From assembly GCA_965204725.1 (NCBI GenBank), contig OZ242005.1, positions 4,064,001 through 4,128,000 of the forward strand: DNA of 64,000 nt, read 5' to 3'. The stretch is from Candidatus Latescibacterota bacterium. Lineage in GTDB: Bacteria; Latescibacterota; UBA2968; UBA8231. Positions within the stretch are counted from its first letter, which is position 1, and each line of letters begins with the position of its first letter. Below the pieces are notes generated by a model. The model had not been told where the DNA came from. It did not search any database and saw only the letters and a program-made list of their open reading frames with translations. Below, in pieces: positions 18,974 to 29,027 of this stretch. Made by a program: the position numbers and the translations under genes.

Positions 18974-19824
18974 AAAACTGGCAACCTACCCCAGACCAAG
19001 CCCGAACTTGGGAAGAGCAGGGCTATTTCACGGTGCCCGGGGTCGCGACGGCCGACCAAGCAGCCGAGATGCGCGGGGTGATCAAAAACATCCTGTACAC
19101 GCCCGCGCCCGACAATGTGCGCACGGACGCCGACCCCATGGACCCGATGGGCGATACGCCCGAGGCGCGGGCGCAGCGCTTTCGCAAGTTCAACCGCTGG
19201 TGCCACACCGCGCCGCTGGTCTGGCACACGGTACACGCCGGGGCGATGGCGCCGCTGGCGCGGCATTATCTAGGCGAGGACATTCTGCTCAAGTTCAGCA
19301 GCGTCTTCGTCAAGCCGGCCCATACCGGAGCGGCCACGCCTTGGCACCAAGACAACGGGTTGTGGCGCGATGGCGAGACCGAGCCGTTCAACTTCTGGAT
19401 GGCCCTCGACCCAGCGCGGCGCGACAACGGCTGCCTACAATTCATTCCGGGCAGCCACAAAACCGAAATCGTCAAGCATGTGCTCTACGCCGACAGCATC
19501 CACGGCGAGCTACCGCGGGAGCGGGTCGCGGCCCTAAAGGCCGAGCGCGGCGTCGAGCATATTGAACTGGCCCCGGGCGATGTCGTCTGCTGGCACAGCA
19601 GTTTATGGCACTACAGCCCGGTCAATGAGAGTAACCAGAGCCGGATTGGCATCGCCGGCGTCTATACCACGCCCACGCTCGCCGACCGCTCCATCCGCAC
19701 TTGGGGCACCTTCCCTTGGGTGATGCGAAAAGGCACACTGTGCCAGAATTTTCCGCCGGACGAATACGAAGTAAGCCCGAAAGACAAGTCGCCAGCCGAA
19801 CCCTTTCCGAGAATGGAATGTTGA
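18970..19824 (+). CDS. Phytanoyl-CoA dioxygenase (PhyH) family Fe(II)/2OG enzyme
   Basis: TPWHQD, DNGCL.FIPGSH and WHYS..N.S..SR motifs; ATGA overlap. Confidence 0.9.
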   Translation: MKNWQPTPDQARTWEEQGYFTVPGVATADQAAEMRGVIKNILYTPAPDNVRTDADPMDPMGDTPEARAQRFRKFNRWCHTAPLVWHTVHAGAMAPLARHYLGEDILLKFSSVFVKPAHTGAATPWHQDNGLWRDGETEPFNFWMALDPARRDNGCLQFIPGSHKTEIVKHVLYADSIHGELPRERVAALKAERGVEHIELAPGDVVCWHSSLWHYSPVNESNQSRIGIAGVYTTPTLADRSIRTWGTFPWVMRKGTLCQNFPPDEYEVSPKDKSPAEPFPRMEC

Positions 19825-19846
19825 TCGGCCCGGTTTTTTTTGAGTC

Positions 19847-19900
19847 GTCATTCCCGCGAACGGACGTCACCCCGTGCCCCGACACGGGGCGGGAATCCAG
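19847..19900 (+). repeat. REP with nested second hairpin
   Basis: GTCATTCCCGCG...CGTCACCCCGTGCCCCGACACGGGG-CGGGAATCCAG, as at 9968 and 23644. Confidence 0.75.
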
Positions 19901-19916
19901 TCTTGAATGATGTAGG

Positions 19917-20852
19917 ATGGCTATAAATCAAAAGGGGATGCAGCCGATGAGCCAAGCATACGTAGTAGATAAGAACCTAGGGCAGCCATTGCTGGTGGAG
20001 GAAGGCGACCTGCCGCAAAAAAACGCCGATGGCGAGCCGGTCGTCGCGCTGACCGACGAGCAGAAATACCTCTTCGATGTGCGCGGGTGGCTCTTGGTGC
20101 CTGGGGTATTGGCCGACGACGAGGTCGAGGCCATGCGCGAGTACGCATTGCGCGTGCAAAACCACCCGGAGTCGCTGCCGGAACCCGAGCGTTCTTTCGT
20201 GGCCGGGCCGCTAGAGATGCTGACCGATCATCCAGTGGTCGTGGGCTTCCTCAACGAATTTCTGGCGTTCCCTGGGCTGTCGAGTGCCGAGTGCTACGGG
20301 TTTCGGATGGAGGGCAGCGGCTTGCGCAATCCAGCGGCGACGCCCGAGCGGGAGGGCGTTTTCAACCCGCACAATGGCAGCGGCTTCTTTCGCTTCGCCG
20401 TGGATTCGCACCACTACCAGAGCATTCCCGGCAAATCCTTTAGCGGGTTGACGCGGGTGGTGTGGGAGCTCGCACCGGTCAAGATGGGGCAGGGCGGCAC
20501 ACTCTTAGCCACGGGGAGCCACAAGGCCGCATACCCCGCGCCCGCCGCCATTCAGGAGCCGCATTCGGCCGTGTGGGAGACCTACGAGTGCCCGGCCGGA
20601 TCGGTGTTATTCTTTACCGAGGCACTCGCACACAGCACCTCGCGGTGGACCAATACCGACAACGAGCGGGTAGGCATCTTCAACCTCTACAATAGCGTGG
20701 GATCGCGCTGGAGTTCGTGGTCGCCGCCGGCCGCCCTCGTCGAGCGGATGCCCCCGATGCGGCAGACCTTGTTCCGCGGCACCTACTGCGCGGACAACGT
20801 ACCCGGCTTCCGCTACGGCGGCCAAAACCAGCGAGATCGGCCGGTCGCCTGA
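19917..20852 (+). CDS. PhyH-like Fe(II)/2OG enzyme with H-x-G motif
   Basis: EQKYLFDVRGWL, GGTL..TGSHKA and PAGSVLFFTEALAH motifs; PHNG in place of HxD. Confidence 0.8.
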   Translation: MAINQKGMQPMSQAYVVDKNLGQPLLVEEGDLPQKNADGEPVVALTDEQKYLFDVRGWLLVPGVLADDEVEAMREYALRVQNHPESLPEPERSFVAGPLEMLTDHPVVVGFLNEFLAFPGLSSAECYGFRMEGSGLRNPAATPEREGVFNPHNGSGFFRFAVDSHHYQSIPGKSFSGLTRVVWELAPVKMGQGGTLLATGSHKAAYPAPAAIQEPHSAVWETYECPAGSVLFFTEALAHSTSRWTNTDNERVGIFNLYNSVGSRWSSWSPPAALVERMPPMRQTLFRGTYCADNVPGFRYGGQNQRDRPVA

Positions 20853-20863
20853 TGTTGCGACCG

Positions 20864-21005
20864 CAACGTAAGTGTCGCGTACTTAGCGTAGGACGGTAAA
20901 ACCAAGGATCGAGGGCATCTTGCCCTCGTCGAGGGCGGGACGCCCTCGATCCCGGACGCAGCGGGAACCGCAGACAAGGCGTACTCAACGTAAGTGTCGC
21001 GTACC
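20864..21005 (+). repeat. REP-like composite (family B): 19-bp direct repeats around two hairpins
   Basis: CAACGTAAGTGTCGCGTAC at 20864-20882 and 20986-21004; hairpins CGAGGGCATCTTGCCCTCG and CGAGGGCGGGACGCCCTCG. Confidence 0.7.
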
Positions 21006-21031
21006 AAGCACATCTTTTAAGGAGCAATTCA

Positions 21032-21913
21032 ATGACTCAAAAAATCAACCGCGCTGTCGAACTTCTCGCCGCGGATCAGCCAATCTACTACACAGGTGCC
21101 CACGCTGGACACGTGCTGACCTACGAACAGGGCAAACAGGACGCCGGGACTTGGGCCGACTACATCAATGTCGGCATGGAACACGGTTCGTTTGATATGG
21201 CGGGGCTAGACGAATACTTGCGCGGCTTGGTCGCCGGTGGGCCGACCCGCAGTGGGCACCGGACGCCGGCGGTCATCGTCGAGGCCCCGGTTGAGGGCCG
21301 ATCTGAGGAGATCGTGCGCTACAACGCTTGGCAGTTTCGGCAGATCTTGGGCCGGGGAGCGCACGGAATTTTGCTGTGCCAAGCCGAATCGGCCGCGGCT
21401 GTCCGAGCCTTCGTCGAATCGTGCCGCTATCCGATCAACACCATCGGCGTCGGCCCCGACTTGGGCCGGGGTACGCGCGGCGTCGGCTCAGAGGGCGTAT
21501 GTACGGGCGTGTGGGGCATAAGCCGCAACGAGTACCTAACCAAGGCCGATCCTTGGCCCCTCAATCCAGACGGCGAATTGCTGCTAGGGCTAAAGATCGA
21601 GTCGGTCGCGGCCCTGCCTCACATCGAGGAAATCCTGTCCGTACCCGGGATCGGCTTTGCCGAAATGGGGCCGGGCGACTTGAGCCTTTCGCTGGGGTAT
21701 CGGGCGATGCCGCAGCCGTGGCCCGAGCAAATGCAGGAGACGCACGAGCGGGTCAAGGCGGCGTGTCAGCAAAACGGCGTGGCCTTCTTGGACGGCGCCA
21801 CACCCGCAACGGTCGCGGAGAAAATTGACGCTGGGGCGCGCGTGATCTCAGGTGGGAACGAAGAAACGGCGCGGGTGGGACGAGCGCACACGCGGCGAGC
21901 GATGCCGATATAA
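21032..21913 (+). CDS. HpcH/HpaI aldolase family protein
   Basis: MEHG, CRYP, LKIES and GPGDLSLSLG motifs. Confidence 0.85.
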   Translation: MTQKINRAVELLAADQPIYYTGAHAGHVLTYEQGKQDAGTWADYINVGMEHGSFDMAGLDEYLRGLVAGGPTRSGHRTPAVIVEAPVEGRSEEIVRYNAWQFRQILGRGAHGILLCQAESAAAVRAFVESCRYPINTIGVGPDLGRGTRGVGSEGVCTGVWGISRNEYLTKADPWPLNPDGELLLGLKIESVAALPHIEEILSVPGIGFAEMGPGDLSLSLGYRAMPQPWPEQMQETHERVKAACQQNGVAFLDGATPATVAEKIDAGARVISGGNEETARVGRAHTRRAMPI

Positions 21914-21915
21914 TA

Positions 21916-23637
21916 ATGGACCGCAATAAAACCCTCCGCAGCGCGGCGTGGTTTGGCGACGAGTGGCACCAAGGGTTTGTCTCTCGCGGCTGGGCCAAAA
22001 ACCAAGGCCATCCCGAGCAGATGTTCGACGGCCGACCCGTGATCGGGATCTGCAATACGTGGTCGGATTTGAATCCCTGCAACGCCCACCTGCGGATTTT
22101 GGCCGAGCAAGTCAAGCGCGGGGTGTACGAGGCCGGGGGCTTTCCGCTCGAATTTCCAGTCACCTCCCTCGGCGAGACCATGATGAAGCCGACGACCATG
22201 CTCTACCGCAACTTGGCGAGCATGGACGTGGAGGAAAGCATCCGCGCCAATCCGCTCGACGGGGTAGTGCTGCTGACCGGCTGCGACAAAACCACACCCG
22301 CTTGTCTGATGGGCGCGGCGAGCGTGGACTTGCCGACCATCGCGGTGACGGGCGGGCCGATGCTCAACGGCAAATTCCGCAATCAGAACATCGGCTCCGG
22401 CACGGATGTCTATCGCTTTACGACCGAGCTGCGGGCCGGGAGCATCTCGCGCTTGGATTACCTAGAGGCCGAGGCCGGGATTTCGCGCTCAGACGGGCAC
22501 TGCATGACTATGGGCACGGCCTCGACGATGGCCTGCATGGTCGAGACCCTCGGGCTGACGCTGCCGAGCGGCGCGGCGATCCCCGGGCCGGATGCGCGGC
22601 GCAAACGCTTGGGGCATTTGGCCGGCAATCGCATCGTCGAGATGGTCCGCGAGGGCCTTTGCATGTCGCGCATTTTGACGCGACCCGCCCTAGAAAACGC
22701 CATCAAGGTCAATGCCGCGCTGGGCGGCTCAACCAATTTCGTGGTGCATTTGTTGGCCATTGCCGGGCGGACCGGCGTCGCGCTCGACTTAGACGACTTC
22801 GACCGCTTGGGCAGCCGCATGCCGCACTTGGTCAACCTAATGCCCGCAGGCGAGTACCTGATGGAGGACTTTTTTTACGCCGGGGGCTTGCCGGCCGTGA
22901 TCCAAGAGATGAAGGAGCATCTACATCTCGATACTCTAACAGTGACTGGCAGGTCGCTCGGCGAAAACACCGCGGGTGCCCAATGCTACAACCGGGCGGT
23001 CATCGCCGCCATCGACAAGCCGCTCAAGGAAGCGGCCGGGATCGCCGTGCTCCGCGGCAACCTCTGCCCGGGCGGGGCCATTATCAAGCCCTCGGCCGCC
23101 TCGCCCGAACTCATGCAGCACGGCGGGCGCGCCGTAGTCTTTGAAGACATCGAGGACTACAGAGCGCGGATTGACGATCCCGCCCTCAACGTGAATAAGG
23201 ACTGCGTATTGGTCTTGAAAGGCATTGGGCCAAAGGGGTTTCCCGGTATGCCCGAAGCCGGAAAGTTCGGCTTGCCCAAGAAGCTGTTGCAGCAAGGGGT
23301 GCGCGATATGATTTGCATCTCGGACGGGCGGATGAGCGGCACGGCCTACGGCACGGTGATTTTGCACGTCGCGCCCGAAGCGGCGGTAGGCGGGCCGCTG
23401 GCACTGGTGCAGGAAGGCGACCGGATCGAGCTGGACGTGGAGAAGCGGTCGTTGAATATGGCCGTGTCCGCCGAGGAGTTGGCGAAAAGACGCCGGGCGT
23501 GGACGCCGCCTGCGCCGAGAGAGACGCGGGGCTATGCTGGGCTGTACATTCAGCACGTGCTTCAGGCCGACAAGGGCGTTGACTTGGACATTCTGGTCGG
23601 CGGCTCTGGGCCGGATGTCTATCGGGAGCCGAGGTAA
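21916..23637 (+). CDS. IlvD/Edd family dehydratase (sugar-acid/arabonate dehydratase-like)
   Basis: PCNAH, GCDKTTP, HCMTMGTAST, GGSTN and SDGRMSGT motifs. Confidence 0.92.
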   Translation: MDRNKTLRSAAWFGDEWHQGFVSRGWAKNQGHPEQMFDGRPVIGICNTWSDLNPCNAHLRILAEQVKRGVYEAGGFPLEFPVTSLGETMMKPTTMLYRNLASMDVEESIRANPLDGVVLLTGCDKTTPACLMGAASVDLPTIAVTGGPMLNGKFRNQNIGSGTDVYRFTTELRAGSISRLDYLEAEAGISRSDGHCMTMGTASTMACMVETLGLTLPSGAAIPGPDARRKRLGHLAGNRIVEMVREGLCMSRILTRPALENAIKVNAALGGSTNFVVHLLAIAGRTGVALDLDDFDRLGSRMPHLVNLMPAGEYLMEDFFYAGGLPAVIQEMKEHLHLDTLTVTGRSLGENTAGAQCYNRAVIAAIDKPLKEAAGIAVLRGNLCPGGAIIKPSAASPELMQHGGRAVVFEDIEDYRARIDDPALNVNKDCVLVLKGIGPKGFPGMPEAGKFGLPKKLLQQGVRDMICISDGRMSGTAYGTVILHVAPEAAVGGPLALVQEGDRIELDVEKRSLNMAVSAEELAKRRRAWTPPAPRETRGYAGLYIQHVLQADKGVDLDILVGGSGPDVYREPR

Positions 23638-23643
23638 TGAGGC

Positions 23644-23889
23644 GTCATTCCCGCGCAAGAACGTCACCCCGTGCCCCGATACGGGGCGGGAATCCAGCCG
23701 GGATCGTTTAGACGCAAAGGACGACCACCAGAGTTTTCAGACCGCCCCTAAGAAGCGTTCTTAAAATTAGAGTTTCCGTTTCTGGTTCGGCTTGGTCCTT
23801 TTCTGGATTCCCGCGTTCGCGGGAATGACCCCTAGCGTCGTCAGGCAAGACGAGCCAAAAGCAACATGAGTTTTCAGACCGCTTCTTAG
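23644..23889. repeat. REP plus right arm of MITE A, followed by a second related MITE
   Basis: GAGTTTTCAGACCGC occurs twice (about 23731 and 23868); TAAGAAGCGTTCTTAAAA...TTTTCAGACCGCTTCTTA imperfect TIR pair; internal CTGGATTCCCGCGTTCGCGGGAATGAC. Confidence 0.7.
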
Positions 23890-23991
23890 AAACATTATTG
23901 TAGATAATGAACCCACACTAACACCAAAGGACGTGTACGATTCTTCGCCAAAATTTCATAACACACCTTCCTACTTTCAGGAGAGCAATCT

Positions 23992-26900
23992 ATGCCGACA
24001 AATAGAGTTCGCGTCTTACTTTTTCTTTCCGCGCTGGTGGGCGTCGTCCTGTTGGGCGAATCCGCTTGGGGCCAATCCCAAGCGACCACCGGCGTCATCC
24101 GCGGCTTGGTGCAGGACCAGTTCAGCCATCCCATTGGCAACGCCACGGTCTCGATCAAAGAGACGCGGACCAACTACGAGCGCACGCTCACCTCGTCTGA
24201 GCTGGGGCTGTTCACGGCGACCTTGCTGCCCTTGGGGCACTACGAAGTAACGGTGCAAGCGGCTGGGCACAGCGAAGTGCGGCAGACCGGAGTGCAGGTG
24301 CGGGTCGGCGAGACCGTGGAACTGATCGTCAAAATGGCGCCGCAGTTGGAGGAGCAGGTCGTTGAGGCGACGGCACCCACGGTGGACATCACCCAGAGCG
24401 AGCCGGCCACGCGCCTGCCGGAAGAAGCCGTGCAGGACTTGCCCAACAACGGGCGCAATTTCCTCGACCTGACCTTACTGACCCCGGGCGTGGCCATTGT
24501 GCAGGGGCCTGATGGCGACGAACTGACCATCGCCGGCCAGCGCGGCATTCACAACAACGTCTCGGTGGATGGGGCCGATTTCAACAATCCCTTCTTCGGC
24601 GAACAACGCGGCGGTCAGCGCCCGGCCTTTACCTTTAATTTGGACGCGGTCGAGGAAATCGTCGTGGTGCCCCAAGGAGCCAACGCCGAATTTGGCCGCT
24701 CTAGCGGCGGGTTTGTCAACGTCATCACCAAGTCGGGCACCAACGACCTGCATGGGTCCGTGCATTTTTTTGGCAAGCACGACGCCTTGTCCGGGATGGC
24801 CCGGCACCAAGGGGTGGAACGCGATCCCGATTTCAGGCAAGTGCAGTCCGGCTTCACCGTGGGCGGTCCCCTAATCGCGGACAAAGCCTTCTTCTTTACC
24901 GCGTACGATCAGCAGATTTTTGAAGACACCAAGCAGGACGACATCGAGCGCATAGACGGCCGCTTGCGCACGTTCATGGACGAGGCGTTCAGCGGGGCCT
25001 TGGCCGGAGATTACGGGGCCATCAACCGCACCAACGACGCCCGCGCTTTTCTCGCCAAGATCGACTACCACCTGTCGGAGACGCACTACGCCACCTTCAA
25101 ATACAACTACACTTGGTCGGAGCAGAAAAACGGAACCTTCGACGTGGATTCGTGGGCTCGCAGCGCCAACGCGGTCGAGCGGGACTGGTCTCATGCGTTC
25201 AACGGCAGTTTGCTATCGGTGCTGTCCGCCACCGCGACCAACGAGTTCCGCTTCCAGATCGCCCGCGAAGACCGGCCGCGTCCGTACTGGGGGCCGGACA
25301 ACCCCAACACCGGCCGACCTTTCCCCGATACGGGCATGGATTTTGCCAAGGGCTATCGCTTTGGCATGCCCTTCTTCATTCCGGTTGATTACTACGATAG
25401 CCGCATTCAGGTGCTCGACAATGTTTCCGTGAGCAAGGGGGATCACTTGATCAAAGCCGGTATTGAGTGGAACCGGGTCGAATCGGCCCAGACCTTCATC
25501 GGCTTTGCCAATGGCCGCTACATCTTCAATTCGGTTGATGGCTTTCTCAACTTCGCTGATCAGGGCAACGGCTATGTCGAGTGCTCGGATGGCAGCACCA
25601 GCATGGACGGGACCTGCCCGGATGGGACGGACATCACCGGCCCCGTCTTGCTCTATTTGCAGCAAGCCGGCGTCGGCGGCCTAACGGTGGAAGAGGCGGG
25701 GACGCAAAGCATCCCGCAGCACGAGTTGGCCCTGTTCGCGCAGGACAGTTGGAAGCCCTCGGCCAAGCTAACGCTCAATTACGGTCTGCGCTGGGAGGCC
25801 CAAATCCAGCCCGATGTCCTCACCGATCCGGACGAGGTGTTCTTCGCCGATTTCATCGGCCAGACCAAGACCAACGAAACCGGCACGTACCAATTTCCCT
25901 CCAACGGCAAAATTCCCTCGGACTGGGATATGTTCCAGCCGCGGGTCGGGGTGGCCTACGATGTCCAGGGCGACAACAAGACCTTGTTGCGCGGCAGTGT
26001 TGGGCTTTACTACGCCCGCATCCCGGGCCTGAACGTGGCCGGTACGCGCTCGACCAACGGCTCGCGCGGCCAGACCATCTTCCGCTCCAGCGCTCTAACG
26101 CCCGTTTTGGGACCGCCGCCGACCTACGGCGAGCTGTTGCCCGCGCCCGAGGGCGCTCCCTTCCGGCCCGATATTACGGTGTTCGACCAAAATTTTGAGA
26201 ACCCGCGCACCCTCAGTACCAACGTGGGGGTTGAACGCGAGTTGCATCCGCGGGGTTGGGTGGGATCGGTCGGGTACACCTACGCCCGCACCGACCACCT
26301 GACGCGCTTTGTCAACCGCAACGACGCGGTCTTCGGCTCCCCTTGGTCAACGGGCTTGGGCGCAGACGGCAGCAACGGCATAAACAACCTGACCGTGGTT
26401 GAGAGCACGGCCAAGTCGCGCTACCACGGCCTCAGCTTTGGCTTGCGGCAGATGGTGCAAGAGAACGTGCAGTTCCAACTCAACTATACCTTGTCGTGGG
26501 ATCGGTCGGACGACGACAACGAGCGCGATCCCTTCACGTTCCGCTACGTCGATCCAACTCGGTTGGAGCGCGAGTGGTCCTATTCAGACCGCGACCAACG
26601 CCACCGCTTCAATGGGTGGGCCTTGGCTGCGTTGCCCGGCGCGGTCTTTCTCAACCAGCGCGTGAGTTACTATTCGGCGCAGCCGACCTCTGAATCCTGC
26701 GGCGCTGACAACCGAGGCTCGGGCGCGCCCTCAACGAACCCGTGGGGGGCCGCCTCCGACCGAGTATGCGGCGATGGCTCCATTATCGAGCGCAACACCC
26801 TGCGTAAGGACAACGCATTTTTCTCGTACGACGTGCGGCTGTCGCGGCCCTTTCCCTTGGGCAGCGGCCAATTGGAGGTCCTCGTCGAGGTCTTCAACCT

Positions 26901-27024
26901 GTTCAACACAGACAACTTCCGCGATCCCTCCAGTGCCGGTCTGCTGTTCAATTTTGACGGCACTGTGCAGTCGGGCTTGGGCGATCCGCGCGAGGTGCAG
27001 GTCGGCTTGCGCTACACCTATTGA
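23992..27024 (+). CDS. TonB-dependent receptor (Oar-like, with N-terminal carboxypeptidase-regulatory-like domain)
   Basis: Signal peptide; LPNNGRNFLDL.LLTPG, AEFGRSSGG..NVITKSGTN, LNYGLRWE and PR.VQVGLRYTY motifs. Confidence 0.92.
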   Translation: MPTNRVRVLLFLSALVGVVLLGESAWGQSQATTGVIRGLVQDQFSHPIGNATVSIKETRTNYERTLTSSELGLFTATLLPLGHYEVTVQAAGHSEVRQTGVQVRVGETVELIVKMAPQLEEQVVEATAPTVDITQSEPATRLPEEAVQDLPNNGRNFLDLTLLTPGVAIVQGPDGDELTIAGQRGIHNNVSVDGADFNNPFFGEQRGGQRPAFTFNLDAVEEIVVVPQGANAEFGRSSGGFVNVITKSGTNDLHGSVHFFGKHDALSGMARHQGVERDPDFRQVQSGFTVGGPLIADKAFFFTAYDQQIFEDTKQDDIERIDGRLRTFMDEAFSGALAGDYGAINRTNDARAFLAKIDYHLSETHYATFKYNYTWSEQKNGTFDVDSWARSANAVERDWSHAFNGSLLSVLSATATNEFRFQIAREDRPRPYWGPDNPNTGRPFPDTGMDFAKGYRFGMPFFIPVDYYDSRIQVLDNVSVSKGDHLIKAGIEWNRVESAQTFIGFANGRYIFNSVDGFLNFADQGNGYVECSDGSTSMDGTCPDGTDITGPVLLYLQQAGVGGLTVEEAGTQSIPQHELALFAQDSWKPSAKLTLNYGLRWEAQIQPDVLTDPDEVFFADFIGQTKTNETGTYQFPSNGKIPSDWDMFQPRVGVAYDVQGDNKTLLRGSVGLYYARIPGLNVAGTRSTNGSRGQTIFRSSALTPVLGPPPTYGELLPAPEGAPFRPDITVFDQNFENPRTLSTNVGVERELHPRGWVGSVGYTYARTDHLTRFVNRNDAVFGSPWSTGLGADGSNGINNLTVVESTAKSRYHGLSFGLRQMVQENVQFQLNYTLSWDRSDDDNERDPFTFRYVDPTRLEREWSYSDRDQRHRFNGWALAALPGAVFLNQRVSYYSAQPTSESCGADNRGSGAPSTNPWGAASDRVCGDGSIIERNTLRKDNAFFSYDVRLSRPFPLGSGQLEVLVEVFNLFNTDNFRDPSSAGLLFNFDGTVQSGLGDPREVQVGLRYTY

Positions 27025-27038
27025 GCGGGGCGCGGTGG

Positions 27039-27074
27039 AGGGACGGGGCGCAACTGGGGTTCCGTCCCTTTTTT
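27039..27074 (+). terminator. Intrinsic terminator between the receptor and nupC
   Basis: AGGGACGG...CCGTCCCT followed by a T-run. Confidence 0.6.
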
Positions 27075-27092
27075 GTGGAGAAGTGGGTGTAG

Positions 27093-28328
27093 ATGGAACG
27101 GCTAATCAGTCTGTTCGGACTTTTGATTATGGTCGCCTTGGCCTTGGCCTTGAGTGCTGACCGGCGCAAGGTGGATCGACGCCTCTTGTTGGGGGGACTG
27201 GGGCTGCAATTCGCCTTGGCTCTGCTCGTTCTCAAGACGGCGTTTGGGCAGGCGTTTTTCGGCTACATCGGCACGTTCTTTGCCGCCTTGTTCAGCTATG
27301 TCGATGCCGGGTCCGAATTTGTTTTTGGTGCTGATTTCAGCGAGCACTTTTTCGCTTTTAAGGTGCTGCCGACCATCATCTTTTTTTCCGCCCTGATGAG
27401 TGTGCTCTACCACTTGGGCTTGGTCCAATACGGGGTGGCGGCCTTCGCTTGGGTCATGCGACGCACCCTGCACACCTCGGGCGCGGAGAGCTTGGCCGCC
27501 GCGGCCAATATCTTCGTCGGCCAAACCGAGGCACCGCTGGTGGTGCGCCCATACGTGGCCAGCATGACCCGGTCGGAGCTAATGGCCTTGATGGTGGGCG
27601 GGTTTGCCACCATTGCCGGAGGCGTATTGGCGGCCTTTGTCGGCTTGGGAATCGACGCCGGGCACTTGGTGGCCGCCTCGGTGATTTCGGCCCCGGCCGC
27701 GCTGTTGGTGGCCAAGGTGATGCAGCCGGAAGTGGAGGCATCCAAGACCTTGGGGCAAGTAGCTATCGAGGTGGAGCGCACGGCCACCAATGTGGTGGAA
27801 GCCGCGGCCAACGGCACGTTGGATGGCTTGCGGCTGGCCCTGAACGTGGGGGCCATGCTCATTGCCGCCTTGGCCTTGATCGCCCTGCTGGATGGGGCGG
27901 TGGGCTTATTGGGCCGGGGCGTGGGCTACCTCCTCGGTATGGAGGGCTTGGCGTGGTCTTTGTCCGCGGCACTGGGCTACCTCTTTGCGCCCTTTGCTTG
28001 GCTGATGGGGATTGAGGCGAGGGATTGTTTGGCGGCCGGTGAGTTGTTGGGCAAGAAAATGGTGGCCAATGAATTTGTCTCGTACGTCCAACTGAGCCAG
28101 TGGCTCCAGCCCGGCTCGGGCGTAGATCTGAGTCCGCGCTCGGTGGCTATTTTGACGTATGCCCTGTGCGGCTTCGCCAACTTCAGCAGTATTGGCATCC
28201 AGATCGGCGGCATTGGCTCCATCGCCCCGACGCGGCGCGGCGAGTTGGCGCGGTTGGGTTTCCGCGCCATGCTCGGCGGCACGTTGGCCTGTTTTATGAC
28301 GGCCTGCGTCGCCGGGATTTTACTGTAA
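27093..28328 (+). CDS. nupC: Concentrative nucleoside transporter (CNT/NupC family)
   Basis: VLPTIIFFSAL, NIFVGQTEAPL, NEFVSY and ALCGFANFSSIGIQIGG motifs. Confidence 0.92.
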   Translation: MERLISLFGLLIMVALALALSADRRKVDRRLLLGGLGLQFALALLVLKTAFGQAFFGYIGTFFAALFSYVDAGSEFVFGADFSEHFFAFKVLPTIIFFSALMSVLYHLGLVQYGVAAFAWVMRRTLHTSGAESLAAAANIFVGQTEAPLVVRPYVASMTRSELMALMVGGFATIAGGVLAAFVGLGIDAGHLVAASVISAPAALLVAKVMQPEVEASKTLGQVAIEVERTATNVVEAAANGTLDGLRLALNVGAMLIAALALIALLDGAVGLLGRGVGYLLGMEGLAWSLSAALGYLFAPFAWLMGIEARDCLAAGELLGKKMVANEFVSYVQLSQWLQPGSGVDLSPRSVAILTYALCGFANFSSIGIQIGGIGSIAPTRRGELARLGFRAMLGGTLACFMTACVAGILL

Positions 28329-28488
28329 ACTCAAGAGACATACCCGCCTGTACGAATATTTTCATGTCGCAACTCTGCGAGCAATAGTACCGCGGAGCCA
28401 GCGTAAGTTCCTGAGCGCGGCGTTTCCCGCTTACGAGGAGTTTGTATTATTTTATATTATTATTAACGACCCCATCGGAGAACGAACC

Positions 28489-28941
28489 ATGAGCGAGCCA
28501 CGCACAGAGCGTCAAGACCCAGAGCGCGGGCAAGGCCCCGCCGCCCTTAGCAAGGAGCAAATCGAATTGATAGACGCCATCTTAGAACCCCGGTTTGAGA
28601 AGGTGGTTGCGGAGATGCGCCTTATAGCCAAAGAGGAGGGGGAGAAGATGCGCGACTCGATGGATACGGCGATTAAGGAGTTACGCGCCGAGGCGAAGGA
28701 GTTGCGCGCCGAGATGAAGGACGAAGTGCGCCAGCAATCCAAGTATTTTTGTTGGGTTATAGGTATTCTGGTCTCTATTTGGCTTGCTGCGGGGGTTCTT
28801 GCTGTAAATAAGTGGCCGCAAGCTACGCCGGTCGCTCCGGCAGCCCCGGTTGCTCAAGCCGCGCCTGCTATTCCCGACGAGCCTCCCGGTCTGAGCCAGC
28901 CTCCCGATCTGATCGAGCCTCCCGATCTGAGCCAGCCCTAA
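28489..28941 (+). CDS. Coiled-coil plus TM protein with Pro-rich repeat tail (DUF1640/CCDC90-like architecture)
   Basis: GGAG SD; KELRAE repeats; one TM; 18-bp repeats encoding EPPGLS/QPPDLI/EPPDLS. Confidence 0.6.
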   Translation: MSEPRTERQDPERGQGPAALSKEQIELIDAILEPRFEKVVAEMRLIAKEEGEKMRDSMDTAIKELRAEAKELRAEMKDEVRQQSKYFCWVIGILVSIWLAAGVLAVNKWPQATPVAPAAPVAQAAPAIPDEPPGLSQPPDLIEPPDLSQP

Positions 28942-29027
28942 TTCCCATACGCGCACCCGGTACTACGATAAAGCGGCCCAAAAAACAGAAACGCCGTCCT
29001 CTTTTTTGAAAAAAGGCCATTAGACAC

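Noticed and set aside
20864-21004. Possible CRISPR mini-array
   Set aside because: Only two 19-bp repeats, separated by 103 bp of palindromic sequence; no cas genes.
21916-23637. ilvD for branched-chain amino acid synthesis
   Set aside because: The aldolase and enolase-family context favours a sugar-acid dehydratase; no symbol assigned.
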